A stretch of DNA of 58,704 bases from the IMG/VR virus record IMGVR_UViG_3300035494_000106, positions 1 through 58,704 of that record, one strand, 5' to 3'. This document shows positions 50,052-58,704 of this stretch, piece by piece. The number at the start of each line of letters is the position of its first letter. Positions within the stretch are counted from its first letter, which is position 1. The notes under the pieces were generated by a model. The model worked only from the letters and a program-made list of their open reading frames with translations, was not told the DNA's origin and made no database searches. The DNA is from a virus. A program made the translations under genes and the position numbers.

Positions 50052-52068
50052 TTTTCAGCGCCTCCAATAGGGCTTTGAGCACGGCCGTGTCGGCAGCGTC
50101 CAAGTTCTTCTGTGCCTGCGTGAGCGCCTTCATGGTGTCGGCGTTCATCGACTTCAGCTGAGCCGCGAGCATCTCTGCCTGCTGCTGTTGGGCCTGCTGT
50201 TGGGCCTGCTGTTCTGCCTCCTGGGCCTGCCGAACTTCTTCCTCCGAAGCCATGAGGTCTTCGATAGGGAGGTCGCGTACCTTCAGCCGCTCCTGCAGCA
50301 GCCGCTGCGGGCGCAGGTAGATTCGTTCTTCCGGGCGCAGCGTATTGGCCAGGTTGTCCAGCGCGAACGCGCGCACTTCCTTCGCCATCAGGCTGGTTGC
50401 ACCGCGCGCTATGGGGCGAACGTCGCCCTGCATCTTGTCGCTGTCCACGTGGAACTGACGATTCCACTGTACCAGGGCGTGGATCACGCTGACGGTGAAG
50501 CGGTCGAAGTTGCGCACGATATCCTTGAACGGCAGGGCGGCGTTGCCGTAGATCATCGACGCCCCGCCGGTGGTCCGCAGCGCCTCGCCCGACACACCTT
50601 CCACGTCTCCGCCGGTCACCGGGCTGACGAACGTCTCACTGTCGGCGAACTGGTCGAAGCGAGCAATGGCCTGCAGCAGTTCTGGGATGTGCGAGTTGAA
50701 CGAGATCGAGCGCACGGCCTGCTGTTGGCCGTTGCCGCCCTCACGGAGCCAGACCTTGAACGGCTGAATCTCGTGGTTCGTCTGGCTGGAGGAGATCAGG
50801 TCGAGGTCGACCTCGACGTTCGGGCCGCAGACAGTCGCCGCGTTGTCCACCAGCATGCGCGAGAACGACGACACAGCCAGCTGGCTGTCGCGCATGATCG
50901 GAGGGAGGCCCGACCCCATCAGGTTTACCTCGTCTTCCTCGAACACGAACTGGTGGTAGACCTTCGTGCCGAAATCGAACGGGTTGCGGGCCAGCTTTAC
51001 CACCCTGCCGCACAGTAGCCAGGCGGTGTAGCGAACGTCGTCCCGGTCGGTGACGTCCTCTGGCAGCTCCATCCCCGCAGCCCGGAGCAGCTTCGCCGGG
51101 GCCGAGCCCCAGTACTCGAGCAGCTCATACTTGCGCGAGTCGCGCACGGCGTCCTTGGCCTGGCCGCCCAGCGTCTGCAGCAGGTCTTCGTGGCTGTAGC
51201 GCTGGTAGTTCCCCTCGGGGTGGGCGTCGACCAGATACTGGATCAGCGACCCGTCGAACTCAGGCCGCTTGGCCAGCTGCATCAGCTGCGCGCGCGAGTA
51301 GACATGGCGCTGGAACTCACCCTCCATCTGCTCGAACGAGGAGGCGCTCATGTCGGGGTAGTAGTCCCAGCACGGGACGAACTCGAAGTAGGGGCGGAAC
51401 GAGTCCACGTCGACGACCTGCACAACGCCGGCGTCGTCGATCTGGTACCGGGACATGCGGTCGGTGACGATCATCGGACCCTTGACGACGCCTGGGCCGT
51501 ACAGCACAGCCGAGTGCACCACGCGGCGCACCAGCGTCTCATAGTCGCAGCTGTCGTACGGGTTCACGTCCTGCAGCTGGTCGATGATGGCCTTCTCCTG
51601 AGCCTCCGCCGACTTCTTCGCGGTGTCGTGCACCAGCTGGTCGAGCACAGCCTGGGTCGGCTGCTGGTCAGGGTTCGCTGCGCGCCACTCGTTGAGGGCG
51701 TTGATCAGCACCTCGGCGGGCATGCTCGGCACCGCACTGGCCGACAGCGACCAGTTGCGTTCGCCGGACGGGAACAGCAGAGACATGAGGCGGGAGACCA
51801 TACTCACGCACTTCACGCGGGTGCGCTTCGGGTACGCCCGGCTCTTGCCGGCGGCCATGTTCTGCTCGTAGTCTGGGTCGTACTTGCCGAGGTACTGGCG
51901 CAGGTTCTTGAGCCACTGTTCCTCAGCTACTGCCCGGTCCTTCTTGTAGATGGCGAACCGGTTGGTCAGTATCGTGCCGAGCTTGCCCAACCCCTCACTC
52001 GGCTCTGGCGCCGGATCAGTGCTTGGTTGATCGAGTTCGTTGTCGTCCGCCATTTTTTCACCAGGCAT
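49942..52068 (-). CDS. Portal protein (about 700 aa)
   Basis: Size and position immediately after TerL. An alternative ATG lies at 52053. Confidence 0.8.
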   Translation of the reverse strand: MPGEKMADDNELDQPSTDPAPEPSEGLGKLGTILTNRFAIYKKDRAVAEEQWLKNLRQYLGKYDPDYEQNMAAGKSRAYPKRTRVKCVSMVSRLMSLLFPSGERNWSLSASAVPSMPAEVLINALNEWRAANPDQQPTQAVLDQLVHDTAKKSAEAQEKAIIDQLQDVNPYDSCDYETLVRRVVHSAVLYGPGVVKGPMIVTDRMSRYQIDDAGVVQVVDVDSFRPYFEFVPCWDYYPDMSASSFEQMEGEFQRHVYSRAQLMQLAKRPEFDGSLIQYLVDAHPEGNYQRYSHEDLLQTLGGQAKDAVRDSRKYELLEYWGSAPAKLLRAAGMELPEDVTDRDDVRYTAWLLCGRVVKLARNPFDFGTKVYHQFVFEEDEVNLMGSGLPPIMRDSQLAVSSFSRMLVDNAATVCGPNVEVDLDLISSSQTNHEIQPFKVWLREGGNGQQQAVRSISFNSHIPELLQAIARFDQFADSETFVSPVTGGDVEGVSGEALRTTGGASMIYGNAALPFKDIVRNFDRFTVSVIHALVQWNRQFHVDSDKMQGDVRPIARGATSLMAKEVRAFALDNLANTLRPEERIYLRPQRLLQERLKVRDLPIEDLMASEEEVRQAQEAEQQAQQQAQQQQAEMLAAQLKSMNADTMKALTQAQKNLDAADTAVLKALLEALKNGTSPEQLVALAQRTAESRQGAGGQPAAPSLAQVSG

Positions 52069-53479
52069 AGGAGTTGGGCTTGTTGAATCCGAAGCCTACA
52101 GACGCGGCCTTGCGACGTCTAGCATCGCGGGCGTTGCCACTCTTGAACTCCATGCACATGTACTGACAAGCGTCGTGTACGTGGCTGAAGCTGTTCTTCT
52201 CCGGCGAGTCGGCCGTCTGCCCCTTGTTGCTCACGGCGTACCGGTACCCAGACTTAAACCCGCGGATCAGGGTGGTGCAGGACGGGTCGATCAGCAGCGC
52301 AGGTCCGGCGTCGGTCAGACGGCAGAGGTAGTCGTTAACGGCGTCTAGGCGATCTACCAACGAGTTGCTGCTTGCCGGCCTGACCTTGACGCCCAGCTCC
52401 TCCTCCAGAATCTGGCGCACCGAGCGCTCGTCTGTCTGCGCGCGCTGGGCCGTAGCCGGGTCGGCGGCGATCAGCAACTGGGCACGCGGCAGCTCCATGT
52501 TGAGCATCGGCCGGACCTTCTCGCGGCAGAACCGTCGTGCCCCCATGTTCTCGCTGGTCAGCTCGCGCAGGATCAGCAGCCGGCCATGCGGGTCGTACTG
52601 CCCGAACGTAGCCGCCGGGGTCAAGCCGGCGTCGAACCCCATGACCAGGGGCAGGTGCGGGTTGTAAATCAGCGGGCGCTTGGACACGTGCAGGTCGGGG
52701 TTGAACGCGCGGTACACCGGCTTGCCCTTGAGGCTGTAGCCCCACTGCACCTCGATGAACTGCTTGATCCACTCCTCGGACTTACCGTCCGCCAGGTTCG
52801 TATAGTACTCGCGCCCGCCAGGCAGGTTGCCGACGTTCTCCGCATGCGGGCTGAATCCACTCGGCTGCTGGTAGTAGCCCAGCTTCTTCGCCTTGGCCGA
52901 GCCGTCGTGGTCGTTCTCCCACGGCTGGTACAGCCAGTCGTACCACCAGCTGTCCTCGTTGCCCGGGTTGGTCGCGCCCCACATTCCCCACCACGTGGCG
53001 CCGCCGTCCTTCGCCGACGGGTACCGACCGCAACGGCCGGACAGGGCTTCGACGATCGCCTGCGGAATCTCCACGAACTCGTCGAGGATCGCGCCGGTGA
53101 CCTCCAGCGACAGCACGCGCCGCACGTCTTCCGGGGTGTCGAGGGGGCGGAACATGATCTCGGCCTCGACGTCGCCGTAGCGCAGCCAGAACGTTTTGCT
53201 GTGCGAGACGTACTTACCGGCCTGGCCGTCTGGGAACCACGTGAACCACGACTTCAGTGTGGTGTCCGCCAGCTGCGGGGCGGTGTTACGGACGATCACC
53301 CAGCGGGTCCGGCGAATGCCATCCACCGGCGATGGCGCCTGCAGCGCTGCACGGTGGATGATCTTGAACAGGATCGCCGTGGTCTTTGCCGAACCGACTG
53401 GGCCGACGATGAACGAGTAGAACCGGTCATCGAGGATGAACTGCTCAGCAATCGGTTCGGGTGTGTAGCTGATCGTCAT
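52058..53479 (-). CDS. terL: Terminase large subunit
   Basis: Walker A GPVGSAKT, Walker B AILDEF, and nuclease-domain acidic motifs GFDAG and HVHDA. Confidence 0.9.
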   Translation of the reverse strand: MTISYTPEPIAEQFILDDRFYSFIVGPVGSAKTTAILFKIIHRAALQAPSPVDGIRRTRWVIVRNTAPQLADTTLKSWFTWFPDGQAGKYVSHSKTFWLRYGDVEAEIMFRPLDTPEDVRRVLSLEVTGAILDEFVEIPQAIVEALSGRCGRYPSAKDGGATWWGMWGATNPGNEDSWWYDWLYQPWENDHDGSAKAKKLGYYQQPSGFSPHAENVGNLPGGREYYTNLADGKSEEWIKQFIEVQWGYSLKGKPVYRAFNPDLHVSKRPLIYNPHLPLVMGFDAGLTPAATFGQYDPHGRLLILRELTSENMGARRFCREKVRPMLNMELPRAQLLIAADPATAQRAQTDERSVRQILEEELGVKVRPASSNSLVDRLDAVNDYLCRLTDAGPALLIDPSCTTLIRGFKSGYRYAVSNKGQTADSPEKNSFSHVHDACQYMCMEFKSGNARDARRRKAASVGFGFNKPNSYAW

Positions 53480-53931
53480 GCGTCATCCCCGTCGATCGTG
53501 ATGCCGCGCTTTTCGTTCTGGCCGAAGTTGATGCTGATGCTGAACCCGGCGATGTTCCCCTTGTTCAGCTGCGCCGGCTGGTCCAGCCCGCCCCAGCGCA
53601 CGACGTCCTCGATCAGGCGGGTGACGACCTTCTGGTCAGTCTCCGGCGACATGATCATCTCGTGCACCTTGGTCAGGTAGAAGTCGGCCTGCAGCTGCGA
53701 CTTGAGGCGGAACGTCGCGCCTTCCTTCTCGAGCTGCTTGCGCAGGTCAGCTACCTGCAACGCGAACTGCGGGTTCTTGCAGATGGCCTCGAACTGATGG
53801 TACTGCAGATCGTGGGCGTCAAGGATCGACTCGGTGCTGGTGCCCAGCGCGACGTCCATGACCAAGTGCATGGACCACTCCGGGCGCAGCTCCGGGCCTA
53901 CCGGGGATACGAGCGCTAAATTCGTGGACAC
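53476..53931 (-). CDS. Terminase small subunit candidate (151 aa)
   Basis: ATGA coupling to terL. GTG start after AAGGAGGG. The call is by position only. Confidence 0.55.
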   Translation of the reverse strand: MSTNLALVSPVGPELRPEWSMHLVMDVALGTSTESILDAHDLQYHQFEAICKNPQFALQVADLRKQLEKEGATFRLKSQLQADFYLTKVHEMIMSPETDQKVVTRLIEDVVRWGGLDQPAQLNKGNIAGFSISINFGQNEKRGITIDGDDA

Positions 53932-54005
53932 AATGCGGCCCTCCTTTTGTGGCGAGGGTAGTCTTACGCGCGCGAGTTTACAAGGCCGCTCGGTGGCGGG
54001 CTAGG

Positions 54006-55625
54006 CTACGCGTCTCCGTAGTAGAGCGCCCACCTTGTCGCAGTCATACTGCTCCCAGTCAGGTTCCACGTTATCGCCGGCATGGTGCCCTCGAACGGCT
54101 GCGACACACCGACTAGCGTGGAGACGCTGTTGGTGCTGGTTATCCCCATGGTGCCGTGGTTGTAGTCGACTAGCACTTCGCCGCTGGGGTACGGCTGCAC
54201 CGCCTTCGTCTCAGGCCCGACTGAGTCGGCCGCGATCATGTCAAATACGAACTTCGACACCTCAGGGAGCAGCGGGCTGGCCGGGACAACGCCGGAAGGG
54301 GGAGACATTGAGTAGAACGAGGTAAGACGCCTAGCGAGCGGCTTGGTCCCGGCGCCTCGGAAAACCATCAGCGCTACGACGCACCTCGACGAAGCTGCGT
54401 CAAACACCACCGGGTCTAGGGACGTTACCTGTTTGGTGCGGACAAACCACGCCTCGTCCCCTGTCTCCAGCTTGCATGGGTTCCATCCGGCGTGGGACGG
54501 GTCGTATAGGTACCCTTGGGTGTAAGCGACAATCGTATCGCCTATTTGCGTCCCCGCCGGCAGCGGCAGCGTAAGGCTCTGGACGCTGGTGTTCTCAAGC
54601 GCCTTGTGGCGCACTACGGAGCCGACGAATTGGATGTGCGCGCCAGCGCTCAGTGTCATGGTCCGAGAGCCTGAGCCGACGTTTGCCACGGCAACGAACC
54701 GCTTAAGCGCCGGCGCCCACGCGATGCCTACCCAGTTGTCATCGCTCGGCGTGGTCTTCTTCGTCCATGTTATCCCGTCCGGGCTGGTGGCCGAGCGCGC
54801 GCCAGTGCCGGCCAGGCTTGTAGCGACGAACTGCTTTGCTTCTTCGCACCACACAACGTCAGAAAGCGACAGATCGGACGGAGTTGTGCGCTGCGTCCAG
54901 TTGATGCCGTCAGGGCTGGTCATCGCCCCATTGGCTCCAGAACTCACAGCCGTGGCGACGAGCAACCCCAAGGACTGCGACCAACACACCCCCACCCATA
55001 TCTGTTGCGGGCTAGGGCGCGAAGTCCAATTGATCCCATCCGGGCTGGTCATAACGCGCGACCCTGTGCCGGACGAAGCCACTGCGACGAATAGCCCTAT
55101 CCCCGGCGCCCAGCACACCTCTTGCCAGCTCTCCGGGGCAGAGTTCTGGCGTAGCGTCCAGTTCGCCCCATCTGGACTGGTCATAACGCATTGGCCAGTC
55201 CCGTCCGGCGACACTGCGACTATGAGCGACAACTCGGGAGACCAGCACAACCCCAGCCACGTCCTCACGGGCGCTGATCTGGCAGTCCAGATGATCCCGT
55301 CCGAGCTCGCGGCGACGCCGCCACCGCCAACCGCGACGAACAAGCCTATCCCGCTGCACCATACGACCTTCGACAACGAGCCCCCGGAAATGGGATTCGT
55401 TCTGGACGTCCAGTTGATTCCGTCGGGACTGGTAATGATGAAGCCGCCCGTCGCCGACTCTACGGCAACAAAAAGCCCTCGCTCCGGCGACCAACACACG
55501 TCGCGCCAGGCTCTGCCCGATACAGATGTGCGCGCCTTCCATGCGCTGTCCAGTACTAACGTTGCCGACGGCTCTGGTGGCGCGATGGCCCGGCGAATCG
55601 CCGCGGCCAGAATACCGAGCATCAT
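54006..55625 (-). CDS. Asp-box (BNR-like) repeat beta-propeller protein, probable receptor-binding/tail protein (539 aa)
   Basis: Six repeats of ...CWSPE.GLFVAV...TSPDGINWT.R. ATGA coupling to the tail fibre gene. The upstream part of ORF 54006-55934 is not used. Confidence 0.8.
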   Translation of the reverse strand: MMLGILAAAIRRAIAPPEPSATLVLDSAWKARTSVSGRAWRDVCWSPERGLFVAVESATGGFIITSPDGINWTSRTNPISGGSLSKVVWCSGIGLFVAVGGGGVAASSDGIIWTARSAPVRTWLGLCWSPELSLIVAVSPDGTGQCVMTSPDGANWTLRQNSAPESWQEVCWAPGIGLFVAVASSGTGSRVMTSPDGINWTSRPSPQQIWVGVCWSQSLGLLVATAVSSGANGAMTSPDGINWTQRTTPSDLSLSDVVWCEEAKQFVATSLAGTGARSATSPDGITWTKKTTPSDDNWVGIAWAPALKRFVAVANVGSGSRTMTLSAGAHIQFVGSVVRHKALENTSVQSLTLPLPAGTQIGDTIVAYTQGYLYDPSHAGWNPCKLETGDEAWFVRTKQVTSLDPVVFDAASSRCVVALMVFRGAGTKPLARRLTSFYSMSPPSGVVPASPLLPEVSKFVFDMIAADSVGPETKAVQPYPSGEVLVDYNHGTMGITSTNSVSTLVGVSQPFEGTMPAITWNLTGSSMTATRWALYYGDA

Positions 55626-57454
55626 GCCGGCATCTCCAGGGCGCCGATCAGCGTCCATGTGTCTGCCGCTACACGCTTGAGCGTCACGGCGACGTACTGC
55701 TCGGCCGTTACAGCGTTGAGGCTGGCGGGCTTGTTGATCGTTACTCCGGCCCCGGCCGTGAACGTAACGGCCCCGGCTGCGGCCTGCTCGAAGTGAATCT
55801 CGGCGTTCGCTTCCCACGCCACGCTGGACTGCGGCGGCACCGTTATCGTCACCGCGTCGGTGCAGCGGAGGTACTTGCCGGCGTCCGCCAGGGCTAGCGT
55901 CTTCGAGGTGGCCAGGCTTTCGACCGTCGACCACGGCTGCACCGTGCCGCCACCTCCAGCCGCCGCGATGGTGATGGTGTTCGCCACGTCGTCATAGGTG
56001 ATCGTGACGTTAGCGCCCTGCACCAGGGTTGCGCCCATCACGTCCTGCACCGCCTCGGCGAAGTCGCTGATCGTGGTGCTGGCCTGCGTGCCGGTATGGT
56101 TCGCCCGGTCAAGCAGGTATGCGTCGGTCTGGTTCGCCGTGGCATTGGGGGCGATGCCATCGAGCTTGGTCCGCATCGCGGTGATCTGCGCCTGGAGCTT
56201 GCCCAGGGCTACCAGTACAGAGTCAGTCGCCGCGATCACCGCGTCGGTGGCCAGGCTGAGCCCTGTCAGCACCGTGGCGCGCACGCGGGCAGCGGTGAAC
56301 CATAGGTTCGTCGAGCCTTCGGCGAGCGTGTCGGTGCTCGTGTTCGCCGTAGCGCCCGCCGCGATGCCGGCGAGCTTTGTCTTCTCGCTGTCCGTGAACG
56401 CGTTGGTGTCAGCGTTCGACTCGTAGAGGGTCTTTACCTGCGCCGCAGTAATAGGGTCCGCGGCGCCTGCCTGCGCTGTCCAGCCGTCGTCAGTGTCCCA
56501 GATGTACCGCAGCACGGGCGAACCGGCGCCTGCGTCCACGTCTGCATAGTCGCCCGCGCTCGCCGTGGGCAATGCTGTCTGGAGCGCGGTCAGGTTGGTG
56601 AACGTGCCCCGGTAATGCGAGCCCTCGAGCCCGGCCAGCTTCGCCTTCTCGGCGCTGGTGAAGTCCTCGGTAGAGAGCTGTTTGCCCACCACCTTGTCGA
56701 CCTTCGTCGCCAGACCGTCAGCGAGCGCCTGCGGCTGTACGGCCGTATCGGCGAGCTCACCCTGGGCAGCAGTGGCCGCGCCTATGTCGCCGGCAGTGGC
56801 TGGGATGAACGGCTTGTCTGCTAGGTCCACGTAGGAGCCGCTGGTAGCGACGGCGGCCAATACCGGCAGATCGCTCGGCTGCAGCGGGGTGAACCCGAGC
56901 GCGCTGGTGACGTCGGAGCTGAGCAGCGTAACTGTCCCCGCCCGACCGTTGAACGTCGACACGCCCGCAGCCAGTGCTTCTACGACTACCCACAGGCCGT
57001 CCTTGCGCCCGTACACCTGACCGTTGGCCGGCGCCTCCTCGACGTAGGATACCGTCGGCAACGGCGTCGACCCGGAGGCCGACACGTCGCGCACGGTAAA
57101 CAGCAACTCGTTGTCATTCAGGTCGCACAGTACCTGCCCACGCGGATGCTGCGCATCGTACGCAATCAGCTGCGCCTCGTAAACGCCAGGGTCCATGGCG
57201 AAGTTGCTGAGATCAATCGTCAGCGCGCCCCCGGCTGCCGCAGTGAAGACTTCCGGGTAGGCCGTCGAGTCGATCACAACCGGCGTGTCGGAAGGCAGAA
57301 TCAGGACGAACTGGGTCACTTCGGTCAAGTCGACCGGTACAAACTTGCGGTCTACGACCTTCTGGACGACAAGCGAGAACTTGTTGTCGCGCCCTGTGTA
57401 GACGACCCCAGTGTGGATCAAGCGCAGCTGCTTCGGGGATACGTCACCAAGCAT
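55622..57454 (-). CDS. Tail fibre protein (610 aa)
   Basis: Repeated FTSAEKAKLAGL / FTDSEKTKLAGI motifs and HTGTQ..TISDF, both typical of phage tail fibres. Confidence 0.85.
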   Translation of the reverse strand: MLGDVSPKQLRLIHTGVVYTGRDNKFSLVVQKVVDRKFVPVDLTEVTQFVLILPSDTPVVIDSTAYPEVFTAAAGGALTIDLSNFAMDPGVYEAQLIAYDAQHPRGQVLCDLNDNELLFTVRDVSASGSTPLPTVSYVEEAPANGQVYGRKDGLWVVVEALAAGVSTFNGRAGTVTLLSSDVTSALGFTPLQPSDLPVLAAVATSGSYVDLADKPFIPATAGDIGAATAAQGELADTAVQPQALADGLATKVDKVVGKQLSTEDFTSAEKAKLAGLEGSHYRGTFTNLTALQTALPTASAGDYADVDAGAGSPVLRYIWDTDDGWTAQAGAADPITAAQVKTLYESNADTNAFTDSEKTKLAGIAAGATANTSTDTLAEGSTNLWFTAARVRATVLTGLSLATDAVIAATDSVLVALGKLQAQITAMRTKLDGIAPNATANQTDAYLLDRANHTGTQASTTISDFAEAVQDVMGATLVQGANVTITYDDVANTITIAAAGGGGTVQPWSTVESLATSKTLALADAGKYLRCTDAVTITVPPQSSVAWEANAEIHFEQAAAGAVTFTAGAGVTINKPASLNAVTAEQYVAVTLKRVAADTWTLIGALEMPA

Positions 57455-57471
57455 GATCAGCCCTCAGAAGG

Positions 57472-57747
57472 TTACGGGGTGACCGGACCTGCCTGGTACG
57501 CCACTGCCACTCGGTTGAGCTTGCGGCACATCATCTGGCGGGTATCACTGGTGGTGAACACCGGCGGCTGCCCGTCGAACGCGTACTCGTCGATCACCAT
57601 CTGGCGCACGATCGCATTGAGCTGGCGGCGCCACTGGTCGAGGGTCGGGGATGGGGCAGTGAACTGGGCGTCGCCGCTGAGGTTGAACAGCTCGTTGAGC
57701 TTGCGGCGCGTTGCTGCGCGGGTGTCTTGCGTGCGAAAGCGGATCAT
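57472..57747 (-). CDS. Hypothetical protein (91 aa)
   Basis: Precedes the tail fibre gene; a promoter candidate lies upstream. Confidence 0.65.
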   Translation of the reverse strand: MIRFRTQDTRAATRRKLNELFNLSGDAQFTAPSPTLDQWRRQLNAIVRQMVIDEYAFDGQPPVFTTSDTRQMMCRKLNRVAVAYQAGPVTP

Positions 57748-57777
57748 CGTCGTCTCCGGGCCGGCGGGAATGAGCCC

Positions 57778-57806
57778 AGACTAGGCCGTCCGTGGCGTGC
57801 AGTCAA
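57778..57806 (-). promoter_or_regulatory. sigma70-like promoter candidate on the minus strand, TTGACT-N17-TAGTCT
   Basis: Reverse complement of agtcaa (57801-57806) and agacta (57778-57783), in the 107-nt gap upstream of gene 57747-57472. Confidence 0.3.
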
Positions 57807-57854
57807 GGCTCTCCAGAGCCGGTCGGACTAGCCGCCGGCTCCCTTGGTCTCGCC

Positions 57855-58460
57855 TCAGACCTGGGCTTTGCCGTCTGCGCCTGGAGCTACCGGCTTGACG
57901 CCGGGGCCACCACCGGTGAACCGGCCATAACCCGACACGTCGGTGCGCAGGGACGCGGTCGACTTCAGGGTCGGCATGTCCTCTGGCAGGTCGGTCGTGT
58001 CTTCGCCCAGACCCAGCTGGCGAGCCAGCTCCTCGATCACCAGACGCTGGGCTTCGTGCGGGAACGCTTCGCCGATGCGGTCGAAGATATCGGCCGGGCG
58101 AACTGCCGCCGCTCCGTCGGGATCATCCACCCATTGCTCGGTCTGTTCGTCGTAGACCTTACCCACCACCGATCGGCCGTTGACCATGTGCGGCTTCGGC
58201 GTGTCGCCGGCGTGTGCCAGGGTCTGGCGCACTCGGGCCTTGACCTCGGGGTTTTCTTCGACGCCTTCGACTGCGGGCTTGATCGCCTGCTCGGCGTTGG
58301 AGTCAGCTGTTTCCTGAGCCTTGGCCTGATCTTGCTGCTGCTTCGCAGTTTCCTGCTGGGCCTGCTTCTCGGCTTCGGTAGGCTCGGGCTTTGTGGCTTC
58401 GGAAGTCTGCTATTCGGTTGGCTTCTGATCTTCCGGCTTGGTGTTCTGTGACTTGGCCAT
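57855..58460 (-). CDS. First late-arm gene, 201 codons, interrupted by an in-frame TAG at codon 17
   Basis: GGGAGAG RBS plus ATG at 58460, with TAG at 58410-58412. The 60 codons after it are coding-like with no start codon before GTG 58232 (where ORF-track entry 57855-58232 begins). Confidence 0.6.
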
Positions 58461-58577
58461 GGTGTCTCTCCCGGGAGGTTGGCTTCGCTATTGACCCGCT
58501 GCGCAGCGGAGGGTTCAGCGTAGGAGGCTGGTTAAAATTTGGCCAGAAAATTTTTGGGGCTTGGTAACTTTGGGGAC

Positions 58578-58704
58578 TTTGTATACCGAGTAATTTTGGG
58601 TCCGCGATATACGGGACGGGGGTAATACGCTACCCGCGCGCCCTGGTTCCCCCAGCCCCTCCGTCCCCTCGCCCAAAAAGAATTATTTTTCTTCGCCCGT
58701 TCCC
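58578..58704. repeat. Terminal exact repeat, copy 2 (identical to 1-127)
   Basis: Same 127 nt as the window start. Confidence 0.95.

Noticed and set aside
55626-55934. Upstream extension of the beta-propeller ORF (54006-55934)
   Set aside because: It overlaps the tail-fibre 3' end out of frame. An ATG at 55625 forms an ATGA junction with the fibre stop, and the repeat architecture starts just after it.
27973-58460. sigma54 (TGGCAC-N5-TTGC) promoters in the late arm, as described for some Pseudomonas siphophages
   Set aside because: I scanned the plus strand for GTGCCA with GCAA at the right spacing. The only near match (around 31360) is intragenic with spacing off by one. None lies in the intergenic gaps.
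1-58704. Temperate-lifestyle, mobile-element or RNA genes (integrase, repressor/Cro switch, transposase, tRNA, rRNA)
   Set aside because: No ORF shows tyrosine or serine recombinase or DDE motifs. No cloverleaf-like sequence with a GTTCGAATC-type T-arm was seen in the non-coding gaps. The HTH proteins are small and not arranged as a divergent immunity switch.

Overview
The window is a complete, visibly GC-rich tailed-phage genome. It is written with an exact 127-bp overlap (1-127 = 58578-58704), so the unit length is 58,577 bp and the contig closes on itself. There are two convergent arms. The rightward (+) arm, 218-27981, holds about 43 tightly packed genes, many translationally coupled through ATGA/TGATG overlaps. 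They include many small early proteins, a MoxR-type AAA+ ATPase paired with a VWA/metallopeptidase protein, a DUF3150-like protein, an ATP-dependent DNA ligase and an R67/DfrB-type dihydrofolate reductase homologue. The arm also encodes a DnaQ-like exonuclease, a GH5-like glycosidase, a family A DNA polymerase, a SLOG-Cas4-like nuclease fusion, VRR-NUC, an SNF2 helicase, an SSB-like protein and a primase-polymerase/helicase. The leftward (-) arm, 58460-27973, holds about 28 late genes: tail fibre, Asp-box beta-propeller, TerS/TerL, portal, scaffold, major capsid, a 2019-aa virion protein, a five-gene lysis cassette and eight further virion proteins. I found no integrase, repressor module, tRNA, rRNA, CRISPR array or RNA polymerase gene. 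The best leads are listed below.
- A DfrB-type DHFR with no thymidylate synthase partner.
- Nine copies of a 17-nt palindrome, TCCCTA-N3-TAGGGA, confined to the first 10.3 kb.
- A 700-bp AT-rich non-coding region with iterons and nested inverted repeats.
- A family of small paralogues sharing a C-terminal FP(S/T)PxAAAxW motif around the MoxR/VWA pair.
- An in-frame amber codon in the first late gene.
- A giant protein with an HExxH motif in the position where N4 carries its virion RNAP.
All calls rest on reading the sequence and ORF track plus remembered family motifs; no searches were run.
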